DNA from: Octopus bimaculoides
Taxonomy: Eukaryota
Assembly (NCBI RefSeq): GCF_001194135.2
Contig: NC_068998.1
Location: 54,617,354-54,681,353 of the forward strand
Direction of reading: 5' to 3'
DNA length: 64,000 bases
Part shown: piece after piece, positions 10,019-24,975 of the stretch
How positions within the stretch are numbered: the first letter of the stretch is position 1
Layout: each line of letters starts with the position of its first letter
Made by a program: the position numbers and the translations under genes
Notes under the pieces: model-generated
Database searches by the model: none
Told to the model about the DNA's origin: nothing
What the model saw: only the letters and a program-made list of their open reading frames with translations

Positions 10019-12264
10019 TTTCAGTTTCCACTCACAATGCTTTGGTTGTATGCAGGGCCAGCACACAAATGAATCATTTTAAGGAAAACAGAGAATAGAG
10101 AATATCCAATTTTTTATTATGCAGTCATTTATGTTCTTCTTTTTTTGCCTCCATAATGTTTCTGATGCTGTCAAGGTGCATCTTCTGCAACTTAGTGCAT
10201 TTTATGATGTTACAATCCATCAAAGGCTTCATCAGCTAATTTCATTTTTTCAAAATGGAAAATAATTCCAACTGAAAAAAGTTTTGTTTTCCTATTTATT
10301 TGTTTATTTAACTGGCTGTTTACATCCCCGTAACTTAGCAGTTCAGCAAAAGAGATCAATACATAAAGCATCAGGCTTAAAAATAAATATTGATGTTGAT
10401 TTCTTTGACTAAAAAAAACACTTCAAGGCAATGCCCCAGCTTGGCCACAGCCCAGTGAATGAAACAAGTAAAAACATAAAAGACAAAGACACAAACACCA
10501 TGAGTTCAGCAATGAGAGATCTGCATTAAATTTCATTTCAAACAACAAAGATTTACTGCCATCATCTCACATATTTCACCATTGATATTGGAAATATAAA
10601 TACTAACATCTGATAATCACTGCTGCTGCTGTTGCTTTAACAATAATGTAACCAACTCTATACTATTATCATACATGAATAGGTTCCACCCATGGCCTCA
10701 TAATTGGAAAAAAAAAAAATAAATAATAATAATAATAATAACAATAGTAATAATAAAACTATTTGCTGAAGCAATCAATTTAATAAATACATTAAATAGT
10801 TGGTAGAGATGATGTCTGAGACTTTCAAATATTAGTTTCGATGTTTTAACAGTATGTCGAGCGTAATATTTTACTAATCTTAATGTTTCAAAAAAATTCA
10901 TTTGAAATGGTTGACTGCCACAGTTCCCCAGCCAGGCTGGTGCACTGTTTCCTGCAGGAAATTGGTTTGGAACACAGACAACTGAAGGAAGCTGCAAAGG
11001 AGGTAAAGGAAGGGAGTTGAAACCAGTGAAGGGTGGTTGGGATTGACAAGGGACCCCAGTGAAACCTTCTGCAGGAGAAGACAAATTCAGTCCTTGCTGC
11101 CCCACTCAGGCAAAGTGTACTGGATAAGGGGTGAAATGCTTGAGACCCTGAAATATCTGCTGATGGATGGAAGGCTTTCTGAGGACATTGTAATGGATTC
11201 AGAAGAGATTGCAAGACCTCTGAGCAGCTCTTTCAGTTTTGGGATGAGATTGGGGGGGGGGGGGAATCATCTTCAATGCTTTGTTTTGCCCTTGCAAGAG
11301 ACAGTTTATGTTACTTTGTTCTCAATCTAAATTCTTTGCCTTTAATTCTTCAAATGTTGATAAAAATAGCCATTTAGGGACAAAGGTTGGTTCCATCAAT
11401 TGCACTTCTTCCTGGCTTATTTGGATCTTGAATAAAATGACAGGAATTACTTTGGACATTCCTTACTCATTTGTTCATTCATTTCCTCATTTATTTAACA
11501 TCTATTTTTCCATGCTAGCATGGGTTAGATGGAGACTTATTTGAGGCAACGTCTTATGACTAAATGCCCTTCTTGTCACCAACCCTCATGTGTTTCCCAA
11601 ATAAGGTTTTTCTTAATTCACTCGACTTTGAAAGCAAAGAGTGAATGATTGTAATGTCAACAAGGAAAATAAACATTGTTGTTTCATTCAGATGATGACA
11701 AGTGAAACTACCAGATACCAGCATTGAGGTACAGATGTACAGGAAAACACACACACACACATGCATAAATATACAAAACACAGATGCATACACAAAAATA
11801 TGCACAAATACATACACATACACACAGACACAATACACTCATTTATATACAGATGACCAGATGCCATTCCTGTCACCAACTCTCGTTTCTTTTTTGATTT
11901 AGTAGTATTTACACAAAAAGAAAAAAAGAAAGACTACAACACCGATATGATTAACATTCTCTCTCAAGTACAACTCAGAATTTCTATTGATGCAAGGTCT
12001 GCAGAAAAAGAAAACTTAGGCTGGCAATTAAAACATATGTCTGCAGACAATTTAAAAGAAATCACACCTCTTGTCTTCCAAAACTGCTTTCTTTCTTTTT
12101 TTCTTTTTTAATTGTTCAAATTTAATGTTTCTTAGAATATTTTGATACCTAATTATTTCCCATTGAAGCTGAAATACTGAGAATAATAACATTTCTTGTC
12201 TATTCGCTCTGCAATAGCTTTCACTACCCCTCTTTCACATATCTATCTATCCATCTATCTATCC

Positions 12265-12328
<64 letters not shown>

Positions 12329-12359
12329 TTATTTATTTATCTGTCTCTCTATCTATCTC

Positions 12360-12394
<35 letters not shown>

Positions 12395-12409
12395 ATAGTT
12401 AAATAAGAT

Positions 12410-12690
12410 TCAGGTAAACACTTTCCCACCAGCACATTGTGACCTTGAGCAAAACTCTTTATTTCACACTGCTTCAGTCCACTCATTGGTGAAGAGGAGT
12501 TGTACCTGTAATTCAAAGAGGCCAAATTTGTCATATTCTGTGGCATACTGAATTTTTCTGAGAACTACATTAAGGGTGTGCGTGTCTGTGGAGTACTCAG
12601 CCACTTGCACGTTAACTTCATTAGCAGGCTGCTCTGTTGATTGGATCAAGTAGAACACTCATCATCATAACCGACGGAATGCCAGTTACA
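12410..12690 (+). mobile_element. SINE with GTGACCTTGAGCAA core
   Basis: Core TGTGACCTTGAGCAAAAC.CTTT. Inverted relative at about 16650-16890. Confidence 0.65.
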
Positions 12691-13622
12691 CACACACACA
12701 AACAGTCGTTCGACTAATGCATACCCCATCATCAAAGTTATCCAGTGGAGGTAAATACCTTTATTGATATTTGCCAATGAAACCAATCATTCTTAATGTG
12801 TTTGTTTAGAAGATATTGTTTGTTATGATCCTGCTAATGTATTTGTTCAATATATTTCGTGCTAACATTGTATTTAACAATATGGACGACTGCATGTTAT
12901 TTCAGTCATTTGATATTCACTGAAATATTCTTTCTATAATCTCTGCTTCTTTGTGGAGGGGTTGGGGTTGGAGAAGAAGAAACTGGTGCTCTTGACTCTT
13001 GACACAAGAAATTATTCTCAGACTGAAGTCCTGTCGCTCAGTGTTTGCAACACACAGACTGGCTGCCACTAAACATACTCCCTTAAGGGCCAGGTGGTAT
13101 GTTAAACTGGGCCCCAAAAATCAACTGAATTGGATTATGCTGTTGTACTAAAGAACGTGACTGGCAGAATCAGTGTTGGGCGAAATGCTTAGCAACATTT
13201 CTTCAGATTCATTTCATTCTGTGTTCAATTCCACCAAAGTCAACTTTGTCTTTTATCTTTACAAGATTGACAAAATAAAGTACCAGTTGAGTACTGGGTT
13301 GATGTAATCGATTCCCAACAATTGCTAGCCTTGTGTCAAGATCTGAAACCATTATAATTTTGAAACCAGAATTGAACCCCAGCATTTAATGGTGGTGGTG
13401 GTGGTGATACATTGCAATATTAATAAAAGACAAGAGGATATATGTTAGTTCAAATGAAATGTGTTTTATGTCAGTATTTTCACAATGCTGTGTTATTTTA
13501 ACTTTTATATTAAAAAAAAGGAAAAAATAACCAATTCTTAAATTCTTTTGCAGTAATTCCACTGACAAGTATTGACAGTTAATATATAAAAATAAAAAAA
13601 ACATAAAATAAAAGCAACTTAC

Positions 13623-13714
13623 ATTAGCTTTTGATGCAGCTTCTTCATTGTCATGAAAAGTTTGGATGGCATTTTTTACAAGTTCATCAATGTTTAAAAT
13701 CTTAAGGTTATATT
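13623..13714 (-). CDS. SPEF2: SPEF2 exon 13 (YNLKILNIDELVKNAIQTFHDNEEAASKAN)
   Basis: tttcatttcag acceptor, AAT|gtaagt donor, 92 nt. Resembles recalled ILSIDTLVQEAIQAFHDNE. Confidence 0.93.
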
Positions 13715-15736
13715 CTGAAATGAAACATCATTTTTCTTGAAACACACAATATTCTTATTCTTTACAAACATTTATTTAAATTAGTTTGACAACTGAAATA
13801 GTACTAAATAAGAGTTTACCCTCCATCTATTCACATGATTTCTATTTGGAATCAGCTTTTATCGGCTTTTACAATTCTTGGCTAGAAATTAGACTCCCAA
13901 CTCACTTGGGATAGGTTCACAATTTAAAATGTTAAAACCTATCATAATTTAAATTACATTAAATATTATTTAATCATATTGTTGAGCAGTTTTGAGAGAA
14001 TGCCCAAATATGACAAAAGAACATATTTGGTTCTTGAAATACCATAGTGCGGAATACAATGGCACTACTCCTCAGTTCCAAAAACAATTTGCCAAATAGG
14101 AATTTTCTTTCTCAAATTCTTACACTGTGAATTATCATCACAATTACTGTTGCTGCTGCAACTGCCTTGGTAACATCTCTATGTTAAATGCACCCAGTGC
14201 ATTCTGTAGAATGGTTGGTGATCAGACAGGGTCAGCAAAAGGCTAGAGAGAGTTCTTGTGTTGTGTTGAGGACATGACAACCTCTCTAGCACTGGTGCAT
14301 CATAAAATGTATCCAGTATACTCTGATTGGTCTTAGGAAGGGCATCTAGCCATAGAAACCATGCCAAAATGGAAATGTAAGAGTGACACATAATTCCCCA
14401 ACTCATCTAAAAGGGAATTCTGAATAAGAACTGACTTGGCCAGGGTTGGCCCAACCAGTCCAAGCCAGAAAGGGAAGTCAACACACAAACACAGTCACTG
14501 CCACCACCAGCATATATTTGAAATTCATTCTTTCCATTCAAATATTCCCTCTAGGCATTGGTTATAGCTTCAACTAATTTCTAAGTAGTTATAGAGCACT
14601 CTCAATGAATAAACAACTTCATAAGAGGAATTAAAATATATCTTGTAAGCTTCAATGTTGAATTTTGAATGAAAGAGTAAGAATGTAATAGTTGCCACTT
14701 ATATGGCATACCTGTCTTTAATATTTTTGTGCGTTATGAGCTTATGTCTCTATCAAAGTTGTTCTAACCCTGTTTATGCTGATACATTTCGTATTTCTAC
14801 AACTTTGCAAATGTAAAGAAGAGTAGCTAAAAGTTCTAAATACAATATGAAGAAAAGGAATCTATATAAATTAGCAAATATGAATGTGTTAAGAGAAAGG
14901 AAATTAATTCCTAGATGATAAAGTTCTAATACAGTTTCAAAGACACCATCAGATTGTTTCCAGGAGCTGTTAAAATAAAGGATTAGTTTTATTTGTATTC
15001 AACAAAAGCTGGTTTTATCAGGCTTGTTACATGCGATGACAGCATCCACATTAGAGATACATGGACAGCTTTTCTGATAGGCTTCATAGTTATCATTACC
15101 ATCACCTACACCAATATCATCATCATCATCATTATCATCAACAGCACCACCGATCATCACCATCACCAACATCATTATGAATCATCATCATCCTCAACAT
15201 CATCATCACCACCATCATCATTTTAATATCCACTTTTCCATGCTGGCATGGGTTAGTGGAAGAGACTTGCCCCAGTGCCAAGGTGTCATGCAGTGAGACC
15301 GAAGCTGGAAACATGGGTTTAGGAAGCAAACTTCTTACCACACAGCCATACTTGTGCTAATATATATAAATTCAAGTCACAATATAAGGATTCCAGTAAT
15401 CCAGTAGTACTCATGTAAAAAAAAAAGTTCTTTAATGTATCATTCTCCAAAACATTTAGAATATAATATATTACAACACAAGAGGAAACAATAAGGAGGG
15501 CAGAAAGTCACAAATGACTTGGCTTTAATTCTGCATTACTTGGGGAAAATTTTGGCATTTTGTATTAATGCAGACAAGTAAGTAATTTATTTATTATGAA
15601 ATATAATAACATAAACTATCTACGTTTTTAAGCTACGAAACAGTTTGTCATGATATTTGAATTTTCTTATTGTTTAAATGAAATTTAAAACTGTTTCTAT
15701 GTTATTTACGATTGTATATATATATGCATATATATA

Positions 15737-15781
<45 letters not shown>

Positions 15782-15829
15782 ATCATGCTTGAGAACCCAC
15801 TAAGCTGAGCAAAATCACAGTCATAGCAG

Positions 15830-16191
<362 letters not shown>

Positions 16192-18608
16192 GAAACAGAA
16201 TAGTGTAACTTTTTAACCATTGACTTTCAGGTCATAACTTTAAATCCTATTGTAAATATTGTGTTTCTGGATAAGAAATTGAAGTCTGTTTGTTTAAGCT
16301 AATTAACATATGCTGTATATGAATTAATAGAACAAATTTAAATATCTTCTCATGGTTCTCTATTAATAAAGTAGATGGCATTCATAAAATTGCTGACAAC
16401 AGATCCAATTATCTCAGCTGATTGAGTTTGTCAATAAGTTTTGCATTTTCTCCAGGACGTGCCACACCCATATTTGTCTATATATGTGTGTGTATTAATG
16501 AATGTGTTTACGTAGCTGGTGTCTAATAAAGGAAAATATGTGTTCAGCGTAAATATGAAGGAGTAGGAGTAAGAGGAAATTCAAAATACAAGGTCTGTCA
16601 AAACGAAACCAAATTTGAAAACAACCGACCAACCGACCAACCAACCAACCCCAGTGTAACTGGTATTCTGATCAATGGAACAGCCTCAATATACATCTCA
16701 GCCAGATTCAGTGCAACACAGAATGTGACAAGACTGGCCTCTTTGAATTACAGATACAACTCATTTTTGCCAGCTGAGTGGACTGGAGCAACGAGAAATA
16801 AAATGTCTTGCTCAAAGGCACAATGTGCCACCAGTAATCAAGACCTTACGAGACCTGATTGTGAGATGAAAACCCTAACAACTAAGTGATGCAGCCTCAT
16901 TATGGCTTCTAACAACAGTGCTGTAGGTCGGTGGCCTTGGCCTTCAGTCTAATAAAAGCCATAGCGTGCCAAGTGTCTGTCTGTTTGTCATGTCTGTCTG
17001 TCTGCCATGTCTGTCTGTCTGCCTGTCATCAGTCTAGATTGAACGTATGTTTAGTGCATTCTGCAACTGGTTACAAGTTGAACAATAAAGAAACTGGAAA
17101 GACATGTTTGTATGGAATTCTGTTTCAAATTGGGAAAAAAATGTTTGAAGGTTTTTGCTATTCTTGTTGCCTTTGAACGTTTCAGCTCACCCTTGTATAT
17201 ATCTACACACACACACACACGAAGAATAGGCTTCCATAAAGTTTCTGTCAACCAAAGTCACTCACAAGTCATTGATTGGCCCAAGGCTAAAGTAGAAGAT
17301 GCATGTCTAAGATGCCATGCAATAGGACTGAACCTGAAACCATGTGGTTCAAGAAGCAAGCTTCTTAACCATGTGGCCATGCCTGTACTTATGTTGTTGT
17401 TTTTTTTTACTTTGAATCAGGTTGTTCCTTGTGAATTTGTTCCATTTGATGACCCAATCAATAGAGAGTTCTTCCTTGGATGTCTTAAGCCACCTGAGAG
17501 AGTCGATGCCAAAGCAGAGGCCTGCAGTGGAAACCTGGATGCTGCACCACAACAATGCACCTGTTGATGCATCACTCCCTAGCCATAGTATTTTTTGCCA
17601 AAACTCAAGATGATTGTCATCCCCAAGCGACCCTACTCTCTGAATTTGGTCTAAAGACTTTCTTTTGTTCCCAAAGTTGAAATCAGCCTGGAAAGGTTGC
17701 TGATTCCAGGCAACAAAAGAGATCAAAGACAATTTGCTATAAAAGCTGCAGACCATTCCTGTAAACAGGGAAAGAGTGAAGACTGGAGTTTAGCAATAAA
17801 TTTGTTTGTTTAAAAAAGTTCAGCTTCGTTTTGGACAGACCTCATATAGTTGTATACAAACAGCCCCAAAACATTCTAAAGAAATCAATGAAGGTGTTAA
17901 ATATGTGAAGAATTTAATCATATGAAATAGATGCAAAAAACAATTGTATGAATCTGGCTGTTGGTAAATGATGTGGCAATGGTAGGCTTTCACCAACAAA
18001 CAATAAAACATTAAACAAAACAGACTAAGAAAGAAAGACACAATGCATTTGTTTAATATATGACAGTAAAGGTTATGATAGTGATGATGATGATGATGAT
18101 GATAACGATGACAATATATCACAGAGAGAGACATTGAACAACTTAAAATGTATTCATGAGATTTCTTCAAGAATTTTGAAATAAACTTTTCATTGGGAAA
18201 ACAATTCTAAAAGAAAATTTCAAAGCTTATTGTTATGGTAATGGACTCATGTAACCATTATACATTCTAATATATGCAATTTCGTTTTAGTATTGTCTTT
18301 TTTTCAGAAAAAACCCTCTCCTACTTTCAAATTTCCCATCACAACTTTTACTCAATTACTTTCAGATTTGTTTTTCTTCCTTNNNNNNNNNNNCCCCCTG
18401 CACAAACAAGTATATTTCTGTCTTTAGAAAACAATCGATTTCTTAGTGAATTCTTAAGGCAGAAAAACATTGCAAAAAAATAGAATCTAAAGATGTCTGT
18501 AGCAAAGATCCCTCATTTTGTTCTAAAAACGTTTCCAGTCTTTTATTTAAAAGTTTCTTGCTTTTACTTAAGCAACCAAACTTGAATTTCGTTCAACGTA
18601 GAACTTAC

Positions 18609-18711
18609 CTTCAGCCAGTTTCTCTGCACAGAAAGTTTTCCCACTGTATGCTTTTCCCAACAGACATACTCGAATAGAAAATTCTGGGAAAACTGGTATT
18701 TCTGGAGGTGG
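18609..18711 (-). CDS. SPEF2: SPEF2 exon 12 with P-loop (PPPEIPVFPEFSIRVCLLGKAYSGKTFCAEKLAE)
   Basis: catgatag acceptor, G|gtaagt donor, 103 nt. Walker A G-x4-GKT starts the adenylate-kinase-like domain. Confidence 0.93.
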
Positions 18712-20217
18712 CTATCATGAAAATATTAAGAATCCACATGTGAGGAAATACTTATAAACTGAAGAGTTTGTAAATAAAAGAATTCAATAAAATGCATTAA
18801 AAAACTTTTCAACATATTTTGACTTGCTTTCCATTCATTTTTTGAGCAGAAATTACTTTTAGAATTGAACAACCATTTTAACATGAAACACTAAGCTATG
18901 AACTAAGGAGTAGGATCTGTTGTCATGGAAACTGAAGCAGTTAAGTCCCTGGTTCACAAACACAACACTATGGGCACTAATAAGATATGAACGTGTGACT
19001 ACATGGTCAGCAGTCCAGTACCTTAACCTCATAGCCATTATGCCACAATATATATATATTCTCATATAAATACATATATATGTTCTAAGTACTCTCATCC
19101 AAAATGTAAACAAGTTCCAACATTCCTGACTTGATAATTAAGAGATTCCTCTTTACATGAAACCATTGGTAGCCTTGTTAACTCACAAATAAAGAATATT
19201 TATCCACCAATACAGTGTTGAGCACTCGTTCTCATTGTTCAATATTAGTGTGTATATACACACATACACACATTATATACACACACATACATTATATACA
19301 AAATAATCAATTACATTAGATTATTTTAAATCAGCTGGAAATATATTTTTATAATTTTATATATCTTTTGTTTACTAAACAGAAATGAAGCAAGTAGAAC
19401 AAATGTAGAAGTGCTCTTAGAACAGGTAGATTCTGTTCTTAACATGTCATAAAATCACAATACGAGATCCATTTTTATGATAAGCAAATAGGATAAGTGA
19501 ATTTCTCAAAGACAATGATTTGTTTTTGGACACATGATCCAAGACTAGTATATTAACCCTAACCATTGGTTAATTACTGACAAAATAAAATAATGTTTAA
19601 AATGTTTTAAAACCTGCAGAATCAAAGTTATTTTCACTTTTGAACAGAATGAATTGAAAGCCTAATGGTGATAACAGAAAAAACATTGAATATATTCAGA
19701 TGCACAGAAGATTCTCGATAGAAAATTCATTCAGTTGAGTATATATTTTTTTCAACCTAAATGAATCCTCTGAAAGGAAAGGATTTACAGCAAAAGTAAT
19801 TATAAAAATATTTCATGGTTCCTTCAGTTTACTATTGAAGATAAAATCTGCTCAAACAGATACTATAAAAATATTACCAAAAAAAGAATATAAATTCTAT
19901 TTAGCAGCAGCAGCAGTAGTTGTTGTGAGAGGGTTTGCTACTGAACTGAACGTGCAGTTTGGGTATAAGTATTACCCAAAAATAAATATACAAACTTTCA
20001 GTTATTTCTCTACATGATACAACTCTGACCCTAAATAATTTACCAAAAGAAACTAATGATAGCGTTAATAATTATAGGTGCTACTCATCAAATTTAAATA
20101 ATGTCAGTTCCAATTTTGGATAGAGAATTTGCTTTTTGGTTTGTATTTTCTTTCTTCCTTCCAAATAGGTTTATATTTGACAGAAACAGGTGACCAAAGA
20201 AAGTGAATGACACTTAC

Positions 20218-20325
20218 TGGAGGTGGGTACAACAAAGTCAATAGACGATTAACGATGTGTCCCACAACCGGATTGTGCCGAGGTTTTGGTTTATCAGGTT
20301 CGAGCAGCCAGTCATGGTCCATATT
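20218..20325 (-). CDS. SPEF2: SPEF2 exon 11 (NMDHDWLLEPDKPKPRHNPVVGHIVNRLLTLLYPP)
   Basis: attcacag acceptor, CCA|gtaagt donor, 108 nt. N..W...N.V.GHI..RL motif. Confidence 0.92.
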
Positions 20326-20545
20326 CTGTGAATGCAATAAAAAGATCAAATTTATTGGTTTATTATTATACCACAACAATTCTTTACATTTTATTTTAAC
20401 AAAAATTTCACAATCTAAACCAGAGGTTCTCAACCATTTTTTACCAATGGACCCCTTTCGTTCCTATTTTAATCTGGTAGGCCTTTAGAGCCATTCAATG
20501 TTATCATTAGGAATTGTACAAAAAAGTATTTATTAAGAGGCAAAC

Positions 20546-20714
20546 CTTATAATCCTTGAAATCTTCCTCATCCAACAAGACTTGTTTAGCCTCTTCTATT
20601 CTTAGATTTTCTTCTTCTGACTCTGTAACATCTTTGATTTCAGATTTCGCATACAACGGTTTTCCTTTAATAAAGAGAGTCCTCCATTCCCTCATTAGTT
20701 TCTGGGGCAACAGA
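20546..20714 (-). CDS. SPEF2: SPEF2 exon 10 (LLPQKLMREWRTLFIKGKPLY...LLDEEDFKDYK)
   Basis: tgtgcag acceptor, AAG|gtttgc donor, 169 nt. L.P.KLM.EW..LF..GKP.Y motif. Confidence 0.95.
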
Positions 20715-21993
20715 CTGCACAAGTATCAAAGACAGACAAACAATTATTAAAAACAAATTCATTCAATCTAAAAAATTTTCTGTTCTCTACTTATAAAAAA
20801 AAATAAATTAAAACTTAAAAATTAATAATAACATTTTGTAAACAAACTTTGGAAGCGTCGAATGTGTTTCATATTTTACAGACGAGACGGTAATATTTTG
20901 AACACAGCCATGGAAACAGCAGAAAGACTGGCTGTTTTGCCCTTATAAATATTATTTTCTTGTCAGTAAAATTAAAAATTAACCTCAGCAATCAATTACA
21001 AAGAAATTACAATTAGCAATAATAAATTGTTATTGTCTGAAAAGTGTATTTTTTTAAATATTTAAGAAAAAATAATTTAACTGAAAATAATTTAATTAAA
21101 TAAATCTTAGTAATTATAATTGTTGTGGCTAAGCAGTTTGTCAGCATTGACCAAGCAGACCCTATGATCACAGGCTTTCCGGTTGTGACCATCCCATCTT
21201 TTTGTATAGTCAGAGCTACATTAATATCCAATATGTCTAACCATTCTTAAGACATCAAGATGTAATTTGAGGGATACTGACTGCTATTTTTAGCTTGTCA
21301 GGTGACTACTCCTGAGGCACAACAATGTACTAAAACTCACCCTGGCTATTATTGAAGCCTTGGTCAACCTTATTGAGTAAAGCTATGACCAAAAGCATTC
21401 CAGTCATTTTTAGGGGGATTATTTCATGTGTCCTTCTTTATGCAAGAGAGCAGAGTATGACTTGAGGGACATTTGATTACTGTTTCTAGCAGTCATGTAG
21501 AAACTCACTCTTTTATTATATTAAATGTGTCTATGATGTTTCCTCCAACAGGAAAGATGCTTGTATCACACATTTTGGAATATAGGAGCATTGGCACCTA
21601 TTGTAGCAGCCTATTGAGTCAAAATGTATTCATTGAAATGAACAAGGAAGCAGGCTCGATATAACCAGTAAACAACCACCCCATCCCCATCCCCAATCAC
21701 TCACCCACCCCCATCTTAAAAAGGAAGCAACCATTGGATAGTGTAGTCTTAGATACACTATATCTGAGGGAAATATCGAATAATATGGTCCTAGATACAA
21801 TATGCTGAGAAACAAAATTGAGAGGAGAGACACAACTGATATTCATTTGAACAGAGGTTTGCTTATCTGGAGCTGACCTGAGGGCAAACAACAGCAGCAG
21901 TAGCAGCAGCAGCATGACTTATTAAATATCGTGAATATAGCCAACAGATTTTAAAATATAAAACCTATAATAAATAAGCTAATATATTCCTAC

Positions 21994-22181
21994 CTGCTCG
22001 ATATTGCTCTATAATCACAAATTTTGCAGACAATATCAAGAATTTGTAATAAAATTTCAAAACAGAGTTCATAATGAATTCGATATTTTTCTGCTTTGTA
22101 TTCAGCTTTGACTTTCTCGTGGAAGCGAATGTCTTTCAAAACTTGATCAGCATATTCTTCTTTAGCAAGACGCAGGAGTTC
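21994..22181 (-). CDS. SPEF2: SPEF2 exon 9 (ELLRLAKEEYADQ...KICDYRAISS)
   Basis: ctttctag acceptor, AG|gtagga donor, 188 nt open. HY..C.EIL.QI.D...K..DYR motif. Confidence 0.93.
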
Positions 22182-23633
22182 CTAGAAAGAGCAGCAAAGG
22201 AAATATTTAAAGTAAAAAAAAAGGAAAAGGTTTTCCATCTTTTCAGCAGCAGCAGCTATTGTTGCTGTGGTGGTGGTCATTGCTTTAGTTTCAAGCCAGC
22301 CTCAATCAAGACAGAGCAATGGTCAAAGACGTTAAACCTACAACTATTACGCTTTCTGACATTGTGTATCTAGGGCTACATTATCTAATGTTTTCTTCCT
22401 TTACTTTCCTGAGGGAAGAGTTGACTGTAACAAGTGATGGTGAGAAAAACTGGAATGGCTGGTAAGAGACTAATGAAATTTCTTCTCTAGAGATTTAGCT
22501 ATAAGAACAAGGTCATAGAGGAGCTCCCAAGGGCAACCAGTCTGAAATCCCTCTGTCATGGCCTATGATAAACAAGAGGGGGATGAGAACTGATCCTTAG
22601 TGACCTCCTACCTGTATACTAAATTTGTTGCCATACACATTGCTGACTTGTCACCCTGCTGACAGCATCCTTGGACATGGCTTGTACAGTTCTCACCAAC
22701 CCCTCATCTATCCCCATCAAATATGGTAATAAAAGATATCTTTAATGCAAAAAGAGATTCATTTTGTAATTTGGTAAGTTGTGGTCTTCACACCAGCATC
22801 AAAATCCTTTGAACATCAAAGAAAACCTTTGCAATCAAAAAAATCAGATTATGAATAGAAAGATATCTCATTGCTGAGCAGTTTAGACCACATCACAATC
22901 ATAAGGAAAATAATTAAGCTATCAAAAGGTACTGCATTATTAGAATTAACATTACTTTTGATGCATAAATAACGAACATTTACTAAATAAATATCTATTC
23001 ATATGTATTGGTAGAAGATGGTGGATTCAAAGATTTCATCATCGTTGTTTTTATGGACACTTTTCCACTTTCAATGGCAATTCTCTCTTTTTGTTAGGAA
23101 TGTTGAGTAATAGCTGAAAAAGTAGAATTGTGAATACAAGTGACCGAAATATGGTTCGTCCAAAGAATCTCTGGAGAGACATTACTTGACTGGGTGAGTA
23201 GCTGAGGGATCAGGGAGCCTCTCCCAGGTCAAGCTCCTACTTTTCTGCATTCAGTTCCAGTACTACAGACATATGGTTAGAATGTCGCAGGAAACAATCG
23301 CATGACAGATTCTTCAAGCCAATCCAACTGGCAGGAGACCTACGGTTAGATCACAAGAATGAGATGGTGGGACAATATCCCTGATCTCAGTCAGTCTTGC
23401 TTGGGAATCCAGCCAGAATCTTCAATGACAGTTGTTTTTGATGTGACCCCGTGAAGGAGGTGCCCAAGGACTCTACCTCAACAATCCTTGCAGGAAGAAT
23501 AGTAGGAGGCAGCAAAAATGGATAGAAAGAAGAAAAGTGTAAACGTCCATAGGCCAGAAGCACAAAACAGCTTAGAAAATTATAACTTAATAATTATTCT
23601 TATTTCTTGGGAGAACATGGCACATGTACTTAC

Positions 23634-23822
23634 GGCTTCTTTGTTCAAAGCATCAAGGAAATCTTTCTCACGGCGTTCTTGATATTGTTTCTCCTGAAAC
23701 ATTCGATTTTTCATAATAATGTTCTTTTGCTGACGTGTTTGGAGAAGCTGCACAACAATCTTCTTTTCTTGCTGTGACTGCCTCAAGATTCTGTTTACAA
23801 GCACTTTATCTCGATATGCAAG
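23634..23822 (-). CDS. SPEF2: SPEF2 exon 8 (LAYRDKVLVNRILRQSQQEKKIVVQL...DFLDALNKEA)
   Basis: ttttctgaag acceptor, GCC|gtaagt donor, 189 nt. Hallmark RQSQQE motif. Confidence 0.95.
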
Positions 23823-24103
23823 CTTCAGAAAAGAATTGGAGATGGGGTGGGGTGAGTATTAGAAAAATTATTCATGTCATTGAGTCTGTGACTATTATAA
23901 GAGTTGTTTAATGATGTGACAGGGAATGTCAAGAATGCAGCAGCTTATTGCAGTTAGACAAATGTTCTGGCTGATTTTTACCTCGTCAGCAGAACAAAAA
24001 GAATATCAATATGATACACACACATACACACACACATATATATATTTCTATGTATGTATATAACTATATATGTATATATCTATATATAATAGTAGATATC
24101 ATA

Positions 24104-24264
<161 letters not shown>

Positions 24265-24430
24265 TATACACTGTATATGATACTCATGCAAATAATATAT
24301 CACATATGACAACAATATGCAAATTACCAATGGAAGGCTTTTCTATACATTTATTATTTACCTCTCTCTCCTCTCTCTTTCTCTCTCTTGATTAATTCAA
24401 ATCTTTTTACTTTAAGACCATTCTGTTATT

Positions 24431-24489
<59 letters not shown>

Positions 24490-24560
24490 TAATAATAATA
24501 ATAATGATAATAATGATAATAATAATAATGATAATGATAATAATGATAATGATAATGATA

Positions 24561-24591
<31 letters not shown>

Positions 24592-24839
24592 GGTGGCAAA
24601 CTGGTAGACCTGTTAGCACAGCATTTCATTTAGCTTTACATTCCAAGTTCAAATTCAACCAAGGTAAAAGAATAAGTTAGAAATATATACTTGTGTTGAT
24701 ATCATCAACTAAACCCTTGAAAGCTATGCTCCAGCGTGGCCTCCATACAATAAGAGAATAAAGAATAAAAGAATTTATCCTGGACATCGAATGAATTAAA
24801 TGGGAGAATAAAAGAAACGTTTTTGGTCCGATTCCATAC

Positions 24840-24975
24840 CCAAATTGAATCTTGTGCTTGCTGTTGGCTAACCAATACTTTACGTCTTCTTTTCTCAAGG
24901 TCTTCTCGTGATAATCTATCTTCTGTAAGACGTTTGGTAATGTCAGCAATATAAGTATCACCAGAATATTTAATG
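24840..24975 (-). CDS. SPEF2: SPEF2 exon 7 (IKYSGDTYIADITKRLTEDRLSREDLEKRRRKVLVSQQQAQDSIW)
   Basis: aacag acceptor, TGG|gtatgg donor, 136 nt. YI..I.KRL.ED...RE..EKRRRK motif. Confidence 0.92.

Noticed and set aside
12921-13022. Ser/Pro-rich open phase 0-0 segment (SENNFLCQESRAPVSSSPTPTPPQ...) as an extra exon
   Set aside because: Purine-rich weak acceptor and moderate donor; not needed for frame continuity. RNA-seq could still rescue it.
17820-17876. Acceptor plus ECFGAVCIQLYE as the exon after the P-loop
   Set aside because: 13623-13714 has the same phase, better splice sites and clear SPEF2 similarity.
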